Made by a program: the position numbers and the translations under genes. A DNA stretch of 64,000 nt from Mytilus trossulus (lineage: Eukaryota). The DNA lies in contig NC_086382.1 in assembly GCF_036588685.1 (NCBI RefSeq), forward strand, positions 47,554,001 through 47,618,000. The letters are read 5' to 3'. The notes beneath the pieces are model-generated. The model saw only the letters and a program-made list of their open reading frames with translations, was not told where the DNA came from and did no database searches. Positions 23,985-35,760 of the stretch are shown piece after piece (the stretch's first letter is position 1; each line of letters opens with the position of its first letter).

Positions 23985-26900
23985 TTAATTTCTTCTTGTC
24001 TCGTCTATATCTCTAGATTTTTTTTCTTTGCTTACAGTAACTTTATTCTGAGTGTTTTCTGGAAGTAAACAATAATAACATCATCATTATATTATTTTCC
24101 TAAATAAAAATGTTTTTCTTGCTTGACCTTAAAATTATAAGTTTATATATCATCATATAATGAAATTCAAAACGTTTCGGGTAATTCAGTGATGCAATTG
24201 AACGTAATATCATAAAACAAGACACTGTTCATTTATATAAGCATAAACTTGTTCAATACATAAATTTAGTACATACGCCAGACGCGCGTTTCGTCTGCAA
24301 AAGACTCATCAGTGACGCTTGAATCCAAAAAAGTTAAAAAGGCCAAATTAAGTACGAAGTTGAAGAGCATTGAGGACCAAAATTCCTAAAAGTTTTGCCA
24401 AATACAGCTAAGGTAATCTATGCCTGAGGTTAATTCTTTTCAACTATCTTTAACATCTTCTACTTTTGTTGTGTATTTTCAAACTAAACTTACTTTTTTC
24501 ACATATGTAGTCCATTGTTTTTAAGCAATTAAGATCTTTCCAGTGCCCACCAACAATAGCAAGACAGTCTTGTTGTTCTGGACGATCGAATTGTTTCATA
24601 CGTGGATCTGTTACAGGTTTGAAGTCTTTGACTGATACTGGTGTACCAGACGCCCACATCCACTGTCCCTCTTTGTCTCCGTCTGTGCCACCAATCCATA
24701 CACCTGCAATTCAATCATTGTATTCTGTTGATTACTTGTCTTCGACTTATCATTCGTCATATTTAAGAAAATTCGTTGATTATCCTTCTCAATATATATA
24801 TAATTTATATCAGTCTTCACGCTTAAACACAAGTTTCTCGAAACTAACTGAGATGCGAGAAAAACAGGATCAAATTTCTTCGGTGTTTAATTGCTCTTTT
24901 TATATATTTCGTGTTTCTATCAACTAAGACAGACAACTTTTAAAAAAATGAATTTGTAAAGTTGTCAATGTGTTATAGTCTTTTCTTATGTTGTGCTGTT
25001 ACACCACTGTGCCATGTACAGAGAAGATTGAGCGCTCCCAAATATGCTTAACCCCTCATTCTGTATGTGCTTATTCCAAGTCAGGACTCAGGAGTTACAT
25101 TTGTAAGTAGTTGTCGCTGGTTCATGTCTATCAATTTTTTTTTCGTAAATTGTTTTGTTATAAATTATGCTGTTAGTTTTCTCAGTTGAATTGTGTCATA
25201 TCAGGAAAATAAAGATAACGTCATTGTTTGGTTCGGTGAAAGGTTGTTTATATGTCCCACCTACGATAGTAGAGGGGCATTATGTTTTCTGGTCTGTGGC
25301 TCCGTTCGTTCGTTCGTTCGTCCGTCCGTCCGTCCGTCCGTCCGTCCGTTCGTTCGTTCGTTCGTTCGTTCGTTCGTTCGTTCGTTCGTCCGCAGGTTAA
25401 CTTAGTACACTTGCTGCTTATGATATGATCTTTCTAATTTTAAAACCAAATTAGACTGTTGACCCCAATTTCATGGTCAACTGAACATAGAAAATGAAAA
25501 TGGGAGTTTCAGGTCAAAGTTTTTGGTCAAGGTAGTTTTTGATGAAGCTGAAGTCCAATCAACTTGAAACTTAGTACACTTGCTGCTTATGATATGATCT
25601 GTCTAATTTTAAAGCCAAATTAGACTTTTGACCCAATTTCACGGTCCATAGAACATGGTAAATGATAGTGCCAGTGGGGCATCTGTGTACTTTGGACACA
25701 TTCTTGTTTTGTATAATTTTATTCATCTTAATTAGGCCAGTTATGTCACTTTTATGTTTTCGTGGTCATCATCTTGAATTCGAACGCATTATTCTAAATT
25801 GCTAATGAGACCGCCCAATTCATTGCTATGTAGTTTTTATTTCTATATATAAGATATACAACTTATGCTTACTTTTGTGCCTCTTTTGTGCTAGTTGTCT
25901 TACAAATTGGAGCTCTGATTCTGTATTAACTTCAGCTAGTTTTGCTCCCTTCCCTTCACACTCTGCCTGAAACAGTTGAGAGTTAATTACTATTATAATA
26001 ATACTATTGATAAAGTTGAAATACATGTATAACTATAGGTTCCAAAAAGAACTCTGGATTGTTCATCTACTGATTACCCTCTGGAAACATCAAATGTTTA
26101 ATTAAGAAATAATTCATAGAAGCCATAGATTTGTTGGAAAGGTCAAGGTACGATAAGGCCTGTTTTTGGCCCCCCTATTTTCTCATTTTTCAAATTCTGT
26201 TTTGGAAAACTACTTATCACGTTAAAATATTCCCTTAGGTTTGAAATTTTTTTGAATGAACTTTAAAACCCTTAACTACAGAAAATGGGTGAGGTGAGAG
26301 GGAGCAAAAACGACCCCAAAAAGGAAAAAATACGATTCGTGGTCATTGTTTCTTAAAATTTAATAGGGTGCGCCTACCTGACCCAGAGAAATTTGTGATT
26401 TAAGAGATGTTTTTTTCATTTCCTATCGTTACTTATCCAATTTTAGATGGTGACGTTCCATTGTCACCATCTTATGATGTTTATAAATCTCAACTTGTAA
26501 GATTCGCTCGTGTATGTAACAACGTATTAGATTTAAGCGAGAGAAATTTATGTATTACTGAAAAATTATTACAGGCTTTTCGGTATCAAAAACTGGACAA
26601 AAGATTTACTAAATTTTATCATCAGTATAAGGACATCATCCGTTAATATAACTCAACATGCAGAAATCTTATACGTTCAGGTATTTCACATCCAATCGAT
26701 ATCTTTTATGATAATATTCTTTACAAAGCACAAACATGTCAGTATTCACCTCAAAAGCTAACAAAACCTTCAAACTTATTAAGAACGGATATAGTTACGA
26801 TACTATTGTCAGCTTATTGAATATTGCATATTTTGGCTTTAATGTTGATTCACTTTATATAGGGTCTTTGCATCGCCATTGGAAGTAAACCCATTTATTC

Positions 26901-29703
26901 TAAAACCAGTTGTTGGCATGACACGGGTTATGTTCTTCTCATATATTTTATGATGAATACTATACCCCTAACAGGAGGGATTGTGCCTGATGTTCATATG
27001 ATGAAGACATTACCTTTCAGTCAGTTAAATCGAGGTCTAGAGCTGGTATGTCAGTAACTGCTAGTAGTCTGTTATTTATTATTGTCATTTTGTTTCTTTT
27101 CGTATGTTTCCTATTCTGACATCGGACTCGGTCTTCTCTTAAACTGAGTTTTACTGTGCGTTTTGTTGTGCGTTTGTTTCTCTACATTGGCTAGAGGTAT
27201 AGGAGGATTGAGATCATTTTAACCCCTCTGCATTTTGGCGCCTGTCCCAATTCAGGAGCCTCTGACCTTTGTTACTCTTGTATGATTTTTAATTTTAGTT
27301 TTCTGTGTATAATTCGGAGTTTAGTATGACGTCCATTGTCACTGAAAAAGTATACATATTTAAAAATTTGTTTAGGGGCCACCTGAAGGACGTCTCTGGA
27401 AGCATGAGTTTCTCGCTGCATTGAAGGCCCATTGGTGACCTTCGGCTGTTGTCTGCTCTATGGTCGGGTTGCCACGGTTATCTATTTGACCTGAGACTAC
27501 TATAACAGTAGTCTCAGATTTGACACAATCCCTATTTACATTCTAAAATTTATGTATAATTTATATAATTTACACAATTTTAGACGTTTGTAACACATAT
27601 ATAATTCAAAGTAGTTCTATCATATTTGTGTATTTATCATTTGTCTACATTACTATACTACTTACCTGAGCACCGAACCAGTGCTTATGTCTATGTCTGA
27701 CCTGAAATACATTCCCAATTATTGCGCTTGAGTAATAACAAGACTGTTCGAACTGTGTCCATCCATTATCACATGCTGAAAATAAAAATGGTAGAATTAA
27801 TAGCGACACAAGATGTACCCTTTGAAAACTTATTAAAACAATCAAATTCGTTGGAAGTATAAATAGAATAGCCCGCACCCGGATGTATTTGCGATACTGG
27901 CTGATGTATGTCGTATTCTATTTGTCCGGATGGACTCTGCTACTGGTTGCTGTCTCTGTCACTTGTTTTGGGGCTTTGTTGTATACGCTAGGTAGTTTGC
28001 TTTTCCATTTAGATCGATTCAACATATTGTTATTTATGGGCCATTTAGATTCAGGTTCTGTGAGTTGCGGGCCGAACGGATACATGTAAGTGTTCACACC
28101 TAAGTCCTTTGCCTTGGTCTTTATTGATAGTTGTCTCTTTAATAAGTTACTAGAACACACCCGTGATATCACGGGCCCGTGACTGAATTAAAGTATATTA
28201 CTATGCGCAAGCCTTATTTTAGTATAAGTATTGTCATTTGATAAAGTCATGCCGATTATAAGATACTCAGTTTTTCTCTGCTTTCAAATCTTTCTGTTTG
28301 AACCCGTCGAACTGGAACTTATCAATTATTGGTGATATTTAAAATTATTTGGAAAACAAAAGGTCCTGGAATGGAGTATTTTTAATCAACAGCATTGTCC
28401 TTTATTAGTAATAAATAAAGTTAAATTCTTTGATTCGCTGTTTACGTCATGCCCACTAACAAATTAAAACTGTCCTTAAACGCCTTATTTTTATTCCAGA
28501 TTTTTAGTATTCGTATTATTATCTAAGAAAGTCTTATTAATTAAAATACTACAATAGGTAACACTTTGACAATTTAGTGGTGTCAACCCTGTGATTATGA
28601 CCCGTGTATATAGCATACTTATATTAATCCTGAATACACCGTTTGGTGGTGCGCCTGTCAGATGCGGAACGTACAGATAAGGTAATAGGTAACAGGTGAA
28701 TATACTATTGGTATCGGTATCGGACTCGATCCGGAACTTCTTAATTATTGGCCATATTAATTACGTGGAAAACAAAAGGGCCTGGGGTAGTGTAATTTTT
28801 AATCTACACCTTTGAACTATATAAGTTATATATAAAGTTGAATTCTGTGATTCGTCCTTTTAACGTGATGACGGCTGACAAATTTGACCTCGTAATTTTA
28901 GTATTATAGATAGATGATTTGTCTTGGCTCTTTGCAGTGTTCCTCTCATTAGGTATACCTCACTATTATGTTAAGATAGCCTGAGAATCTGAGACAAAAA
29001 AAAATGATTGAACCGTATACATTGATTTACATTATAATATAAAAGTAATGTTTTACTTGAAATAATTTTGTTAATTGAGTCAATTGCTGCTTAAATTTAG
29101 TAGCCATATTAATGAAATAAATTACATTTTTAAGTGGTAGTTTTGTCGGGTTTTTTTCCCAATAAAAAAATTTGCAAAAAAAAGGAGACAAGCTCAACAT
29201 AGGCTTCTAAGGATTTGGGAATTTTCACCCCTATATTTATAACAATTGAAAGCATGCGAGTTACAAGACACACAACACCTACCAAGAATTGTGTTTCAAA
29301 ATACATGGAGATAAAAGATAAAGACAAGTACCCTATCTAGAATTTATGTATTTGTGCGATTTAATCAAAACGATCTTATTTAAATTTTATTGATCATAAA
29401 TTATCATACCTACCATTATCTGTAATTGAGTTAACTTAAGTTTAAAAGTAACATTTTTTTTAATATTCAGAGGCTTTGTCACAAATGACTTATTTTATTC
29501 GGTCTATTTTTTTAAAAATTTGTTTGATGGGGAGGGACTGACATCGGTCGTCTAAAACTTTGTTTCAAAATAATTACTACTTCTGTTATGTAATGTTTAA
29601 TCTTAAGGATTTTCAATTGTTCTATCATGTTATATTTTAACTCACCTTCAAATGCTTTAAATACTGTTGTCAACACGATGGAAAAGACAATCAATTTCAG
29701 CAT
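23985..29703 (-). CDS. Secreted single-domain C-type lectin A (perlucin-like), ~181 aa; exons 29703-29646, 27775-27666, 25966-25873, 24703-24494, 24058-23985
   Basis: MLKLIVFSIVLTTVFKAFE|ACDNGWTQFEQSCYY..HWFGAQ|AECEGKGAKLAEVNTESELQFV..|SVWIGGTDGDKEGQWMWASG..FKPVTDPRMKQFDRPEQQDCLAIVGGHWKDLNCLKTMDYICEK|KNTQ..TRRN*. Long-form CTLD with 6 Cys and a WIG motif. Phases consistent; AATAAA at 23945-23940. The last exon is less certain. Confidence 0.9.
24275..24318 (-). ncRNA. Minimal type I hammerhead ribozyme (retrozyme/Penelope type) inside a repeat fragment at ~24270-24432
   Basis: Minus strand: GCGUCA-CUGAUGA-GUCU(UUUGC)AGAC-GAAA-C(GCGC)G-UC/UGGCGU. The conserved core is complete, with 6-bp stem I, 4-bp stem II and a palindromic minimal stem III. 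Predicted cleavage between 24281 and 24280. Confidence 0.85.
25248..25708 (+). mobile_element. Helentron-associated element with (GTTC/GTCC)n microsatellite
   Basis: Head ATGTCCCACCTACGATAGTAGAGGGGCATTATG; microsatellite 25303-25391; internal ~170-bp duplication; end GTGGGGCAT plus hairpin TGTGTACtttgGACACA. Confidence 0.7.
26400..27552 (+). mobile_element. Penelope-like retroelement fragment (RT C-terminal region) followed by an abundant ~500-bp repeat (other copies 6190-6360, 6995-7208, 40330-40830)
   Basis: FSFPIVTYPILDGDVPLSPSYDVYKSQLVRFARVCNNVLDLSERNLCITEKLLQ fits the F-IVNFP-L--NIP----YGVY-SQL-R--R-C pattern I associate with Penelope-like RTs. Downstream repeat TTTAGGGGCCAGCTGAAGGACGCCTCCGGG..TTGACACATTCCCCATTTCCATTCTC recurs four times. 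Confidence 0.65.
28150..28914 (-). mobile_element. Non-autonomous Helitron
   Basis: Minus strand: A|TCTATCTATAATACTAAAATTACG at the 5' end; 3' hairpin CCCGTGATATCACGGG then CTAG|T. Inserted in an AT dinucleotide with no TSD. Confidence 0.85.
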
Positions 29704-30433
29704 CGCCAATGCCTGTTTCTGTGTCAAATTTAAAATTGGAAAAGTTAATACAGCAAAAGTTTACTTACATTAACCTGAAACTATTTCTTTCTATGCATAT
29801 TATGTATGCTAATATGACCTAGCACAGACGTATAGCTAGCATTTTATAGCTGACTATACGGTACTAGTATGTGTTTTTTTTTTATATCATTGTTGATTAC
29901 TGTACGGTTGCAAATTGCATCAGTTACTTCACTATGGTGGATAGTTGCCTTATTTGCAATCTTAATCTAACCAAATCTCCTTATTTTACTGTGCGCACGG
30001 CCTTCAATAATGAGCACTCAATTGTATTTGAAAAAACACCGTGATACTGCATAGTAAGCTATAAAAGACCCGAAATGACTTTAGACCAAATTGTAACTAT
30101 TTAAGCGAGAAAACAAACAACTTCATTTATGTTAAAAAAAACAACCAATACACGAATAAAAAAATAATTCACTAGAAAAAACGACTATCACTGAATTACA
30201 GGCTCTTCAGTTGAAACAGGCACATACAGATTGGTATCTTTCGCCCTCTTTGGGTAAGGAATTTGACATATTTTCCTGGATATTGGTTAATGACTATTGA
30301 ATACAGCTACATTAGTATATTTGCGTATGTAAATTCTATAAGCTGTACTGCTTTTGAATAAAAGTCTATTATTACAACCAAATAAAAAAATAAACCTGTG
30401 ACAATTCTGCTTCTATTCTACCAAGTTGCTTAA

Positions 30434-30712
30434 GGGAGCTACCATTTGATTTTTATGGGGGGGCTAGGATGAAATTTGAAAAAAATAGGCAGGACAGGAG
30501 TTTTGAGTAAAAAAAAAGGCAAGATGAGACACTTGCAAAAAAAAAAAGTCAGGACGACAATTTAGGTAAAAAAAAGTCAGGATAAACAAAAAAAAAAAGG
30601 CAGGACCGAACAGAGTGAAAAATAAAAAGGCAGGACAGAGATTACAGCTAAAAAAAAAGGCAGGACAAAATTTTTCATCCTAGCCCCCCATAAAAATCAA
30701 ATGGTAGCTCCC
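30434..30712. mobile_element. PIF/Harbinger-like MITE with TAA target duplication
   Basis: taa|GGGAGCTACCATTTGATTTTTATGGGGGGGCTAGGATGAAA ... TTTCATCCTAGCCCCCCATAAAAATCAAATGGTAGCTCCC|taa; internal AAAAGGCAGGAC repeats. Confidence 0.88.
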
Positions 30713-31268
30713 TAAAATCAAACCAAAAATGACCGCAAAAATATATTTTTGTATACAATAAAGTGAAAAAATTCATGTGACGAATACTTATGGCCACACT
30801 CTGTATGTAATCTCATAAACCTCGACCCCCCCCCCCCCAAAAAAAAACCAACCAAAAAAAACAACGAATAACAACGAGTTTATTGTTAAGTATGACCACT
30901 GAGGGGTATGGGATCTACAAATGTATATCGGGAGTCCGGGATCGGTTGTGTTTAAGCTCGGGATTGACCTTTTCGGGAATTCTTTTTCGAATTTCGGGAT
31001 GTCGGGATTTCAATTTATTTAAATTCAGGACCTTCGGATTTCGTGTTTTTTAAGCCCGAGGTTTCGGGATCAGGACCCCTCTAATGTTGTGAAAATTGTC
31101 TCCCTTTTCTTAACTTGTATCCAGTTGTATCTTTCTATTTTGACCTATTTTTGACACATTTTTTTAACACTATGACGATATCTATGCTTCATTTATATTG
31201 CTGTACACTAGTATTTTATGTTTGTCAATCAGAATTTAATTGGATGTGCCTAAAGAAACATTGAAAGT

Positions 31269-31384
31269 CTTACATTTTAGTAAATATGACGTTCTGTTCC
31301 CTTCTCCTTTCTGCGTGAATGACGTCACATTCCACTTTGGTGGTATCTAAAAGCCGGTCTCAATATCGGGTTCAGTTCCGGTTA
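31269..31384 (-). promoter_or_regulatory. Putative promoter / non-coding first exon of lectin A
   Basis: Aligns by eye with 45843-45960 upstream of lectin B: splice donor AAAAT|GTAAG (exon end 31274), palindromic CRE TGACGTCA 31320-31327, ETS-like CCGGAA 31381-31376. Confidence 0.55.
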
Positions 31385-34300
31385 TCGGCTTTCGATTAAC
31401 AAAAGTTAACAAAGTTGCCGTTTCATGTAATGCACTAAAACACACGTACTTTTCAGTAGTATAAGACTATTTTATTTGCATAAACGCATGTTAAACAGAC
31501 GCATGAAGTATTCTCAATTCAATAAGTTTACAATATTAAGATATGCAAGACTTAGAGAATGAATATATAACATGTGTATAAACTTATCAGGGTACATATC
31601 GATGAGGGTTTACATACTACAGAATAGTGATCAATAATGGAAAAAAATGCCAATATTAGAGAAAACTGGACCCCCCAAAAAAAGAATGAATAATTATAAG
31701 GTATCGAAATATATAGTATAGAAAGTAATTGGCAAAATATTTTTTAAAAATAACCTGAGAGAGAAAATGGTATAATAGTTAAAAAATAAAACCAGCCGGA
31801 AATAAAGGACCACCATCCAGACCCTCGTAAATTGGATAGAAACTTTAAATGGCACATCAGAAGAAAAACAAAGAGTGAGAAAAAAGCAAAAATTACTTCA
31901 ACTTAGATGACGTGTTTCACCATCTAGATACATGTAATATGAAAATTATCCGACCCTCCCAGTTATAAACTCAAAATCATGTTTAAAGATATTTTAAGTT
32001 TGCTTCTGAGTGAATAGACAACTGCCCGAGATCAAAAGTTATACATTTAATGTACAGTTAGTTGGAAGTCATATCTAAGATTTTTCTAAACGCTTATTTT
32101 GCTTTTCTGAATCTATTTATGAAAGGAGTAGGGGCATTAAGGCCTAGTTTTGGCCCAAGAAAATAAAATGTTTGATAACCATTTCAAATTGGCACATAAT
32201 GTTTAGAAATGCATAGGGTAAAAAAACATAAATTAAAAACAGAAAGATTTTTAGCTGATGACGTCACAATTACGTCATAATATGTATTGTTTTCACAAAA
32301 ACGATGAAAAATACAGAATTAATGCAGTTTTCTATCATTATTTCCGTTGAGGAAACATCCTGCGCACCAGAGAAACAACAAAATGATTTAACAGAAGCTT
32401 TATTATAACTATTGGCATAATCTCACCAAATATAAAGTTGTTTCTTGGGTGCGCACATACTTTTTCAATCTAAAATATACTTAAAAGTTGATGAAAAAAC
32501 AAGGAAAATCACGAAATTTAACTAAATATGCAAATTAGGTCATGATTCGTTGCCATGGTAACTTATTCGATGTCAAATTTCTTTTGTTTTACTTAGTACT
32601 TTATACCTTAGTCAAGTTTTCGGTTATTTAAAAATATGCATGATAACTTTTAAATTTGCAGTAATTTTTGGGCCAAATACACAGCGCAATGGCAAGCTGG
32701 ATCAGCAAAATAACTACCAGTATCCACTTTAAACATATCGAACAGATATTTTTAAGAAAATAAGTGAAGAGTTCAAAATGTTTGTGGTATTTTGTGTAGC
32801 CAGTGGTCCTGGCTCACCGCTTATAGTACCGGTATACGACGAAGTATGATTTGGTCAGGGTGCCAGACTATATTTTGTGTAACTCGTGCAGATTCCATCA
32901 TACCAGTGTAAACCTTGTTGAATCACAACAATATCTATTTACCTGGATGCATGATGTAACTATTTGGATTTTTTAAATGTCTTTTGGTAGAACATTTTCC
33001 TCTTTTTTTGTCTTTAATTTTCTTTGTCCATTTTTCTCTATTCTTTTTATTTGAATACCCTAGTATTTTCTATGATTTATTTTTAAAATGCCAATTCTCT
33101 TCCTTTCAGGCTGTAACTCCCCTCCCCTCTTGTTTTATACTGACCTCGTACATACATTGCTGTAGCGTCTCAGAAAATATTTTACAGCTATCAAAAGGTC
33201 AAAATTTTATAAAAGGAATTATCTAAAATTACACAAACAAAAAATAGTTTTAATAAGGTCGCTGAGGTGTTTTAATGTTTGGCGATACTTTTTTTGTAAA
33301 CTTGTGTAAAAATTAAAAACAAAAAATAATCGAGGAAAATTAAAAACAAAATGACTGTAATCAAATGACGAAATCAACCGGCGTCAAACATCAGAGTATA
33401 GCTCCACAATACGCCGAGCGTGTTAAGAAATCATGTACGCTGCCAATACGTTATTAATTTTGGATGCATTCAACCTGTCAATCATATCCGTAACGTGTGT
33501 ATAACGAGCTTAACGCGTGTATTGGGCGTACGAGAAGCGCCGTACCTAAGCGTTTATCGGGCGTTCAAGAAACGGATGTTGGTGTTTGCCTGGTGTAGGT
33601 CTGACCGTAGATGGAATGCACGCTACGAAGGAAAAAAAAGTTTCTTGCATGGTTTTGAGACGCGTCCCGGTCGTATCTTGGACGTTCTATTATAGGGCGT
33701 TTGTTACAAACACACCCGCATAGGTTTTAGTTAGGGTCGAACTATCTTGAAGCGTATATAACGTGCACTAAACGTGTCTTAAACTTATCTGTAGCGTTTT
33801 CAAAGCGCTTGTAGCGTACGTATTACGTGCGTGTAGTGTACAGGTACATAGTGATTACGCTAGACACACGCTTGAGCTGGATGAAAATTTTTATGCTGCA
33901 TAAAAATGTCAACGAGTTGTAGCGTTCACCAAGCGTATACCTTTGTATTTTGACGTACTTCAAACTTATGCAACGTTTAAACGATTGCTCCAGAGTTCAT
34001 CTGGCGTGCAACTAACTTTGTCAATTTTCTCTACGTACGTTTGGTGCACGCCGGTCTATACCTCAATGTGTGATGCCGGCATAATAGCTCAAACGCATAA
34101 AACGGATGGATTACAACAGTCATATTCTTGACTTGGTACAGGCATTTTCTTATGCAGAAAATCATGGGTGGATTAAACCTGCTTTTATAACTAGCTAAAC
34201 CTCTCATCTAAAATTTTATTATAATTATACAGAGTGTGAACAAAACAAACAGAATTTTTTTCTGTTTCTTCAGTGTTTAAATTTTTGTTTCGAATAGAAC

Positions 34301-34888
34301 AGTCGATTGATTAAATAGCAAAATTTGCATTAAGATAACAACATTTTGATAACAAAAATCTCCTCATGTTAATTAGAAAATTTCCATGCAAGCAGTAATT
34401 GTCTTTAAATCCATTAGTTGCAAATTAATTTAATAAATTATCTAAAATGTCAGCATTTGTGGTTTGTGTTGCTAAATCTATTAAGATTTCTGTGTTGTGT
34501 TTTGTGTACTGTTGTGGTTTTTTTGTCATTGTGTTGTCAGTTTGGATATCCTTTTGGCATCTTTCGACTGCGGAAAACGATTTTAGCCGGTCGGGAAATT
34601 ATATTTAAAACGTCATGCGTTTCTTCTCTAGAATGGACTAGGTGGAATGAATATAAAATAAAAAATAATACTTTCGTCATGGTGTACCAACCAAGTGTCT
34701 TTAATTTTGATCTGATGAAAAGCAAATATGATAGCCCTCAAAGAACAAAAAAATCATATTACCCCGAGTTTCAAAAGCTCTTTAGAATCACTAAACACTC
34801 TGCTTAAAATCTGTTTTCATTTTGCATATATACATTCATGTAAATGTCCCATTCTATATAAGCCTGTCTCAAGTCAGGAGCCTATAGG

Positions 34889-35760
34889 TGTTAGACCACC
34901 AATTAAAAATCCCTATATGTTCAACCAAATTTTGCAATTTTCACAGCTTTCTAAACATTTTCCGTCAAATGAAACTTCATGGAAAACAGTTATACTGAAT
35001 TGTTCATGTATCACCTTTCCATATATACATGATTAATTGTATAGCGCATTAATCCTGAATGTTAATGCACTCATAGATAGGTGAATTTTGGATCAAAATG
35101 GTATAAATATATTTCTCTTTCACCAAAAGTTTCATTTGTTTGTTAGTTTTAAGGAGAAGAAAACCCAAAATAAAATATGACTGTTTTTATTTCAAAGAAA
35201 AGTTTGAAAAAAGTAGAGTAAGCGGGGTTTTTTTTTTTTGTTGATATATGAAAGAATGGACAAATGGTCAGATTAATTAGGCAATTTTGAATTTCCCGCC
35301 ATTTTATGGGTACCGACATTTTGTAGAACTTTTTCAAAAAATATTTTTTTGTGTACAAATACAAGAGGGAGGTGTGATAAAAGCTTTTTTGAAATCCCCG
35401 ATCCAAAAAAATTCGCTGAGTGGAGAAAACAGTGCAAACTGTGGACCGACCACCTACGGAATGACAAGCTAAACATGGACACTTTCCAAGGGAGTAAAAG
35501 TCGTGTTGTATGCCAAGATCATTTTGAAGAAAACTGTTTTGATAGAAATTTAATGGCCGAATCTTTGGGGTTAAAAGGAACATTGAAACTGAAGCCGGAA
35601 TAAGTGCCAACAATAGTAAAGCCAGGTGCAGGCGCTAGAGAAATAAGACAGAAACTCTACCTAGCAGTTACAATGACATCAAAAGCACTGTCAGAGTAGC
35701 CGCGGGCTGCTTTTACTAGGCATACGTTCTAGATTGGAGGGATTAATTGGTGGTCTGATA
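34889..35760. mobile_element. TIR DNA transposon remnant carrying a THAP-domain fragment
   Basis: TIRs TGTTAGACCACCAATTAA..TCCC and (reverse complement) TATCAGACCACCAATTAATCCC. Imperfect 8-bp flanks CCTATAGG / CCTAAAGT. It splits a host repeat (CAAGTCAGGAGCCT | AGTGGTTGTTGTTTG). Confidence 0.65.
35352..35622 (+). pseudogene. Degenerate THAP zinc-finger domain
   Basis: CTNTRGRCDKSFFEIPDP..CKLWTDHLR..SRVVCQDHFEENCF..LKLKPE*VPTIVK shows the THAP C-x-N, F--P, W, CxxHF and LK--AVPTI hallmarks. The first Cys is missing and a stop replaces the Ala of AVPT. Confidence 0.8.

Noticed and set aside
25167-25405. (RSFV/RPSV)n ORFs
   Set aside because: Translation of the (GTTC/GTCC)n microsatellite of a Helentron-associated element.
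29769-29774. 6-nt micro-exon (CAG|GTTAAT|GTAAGT) upstream of the lectin A ATG exon
   Set aside because: Splice signals are present, but the following intron would be only 56 nt and I see no clear equivalent in lectin B; unsupported without transcripts.
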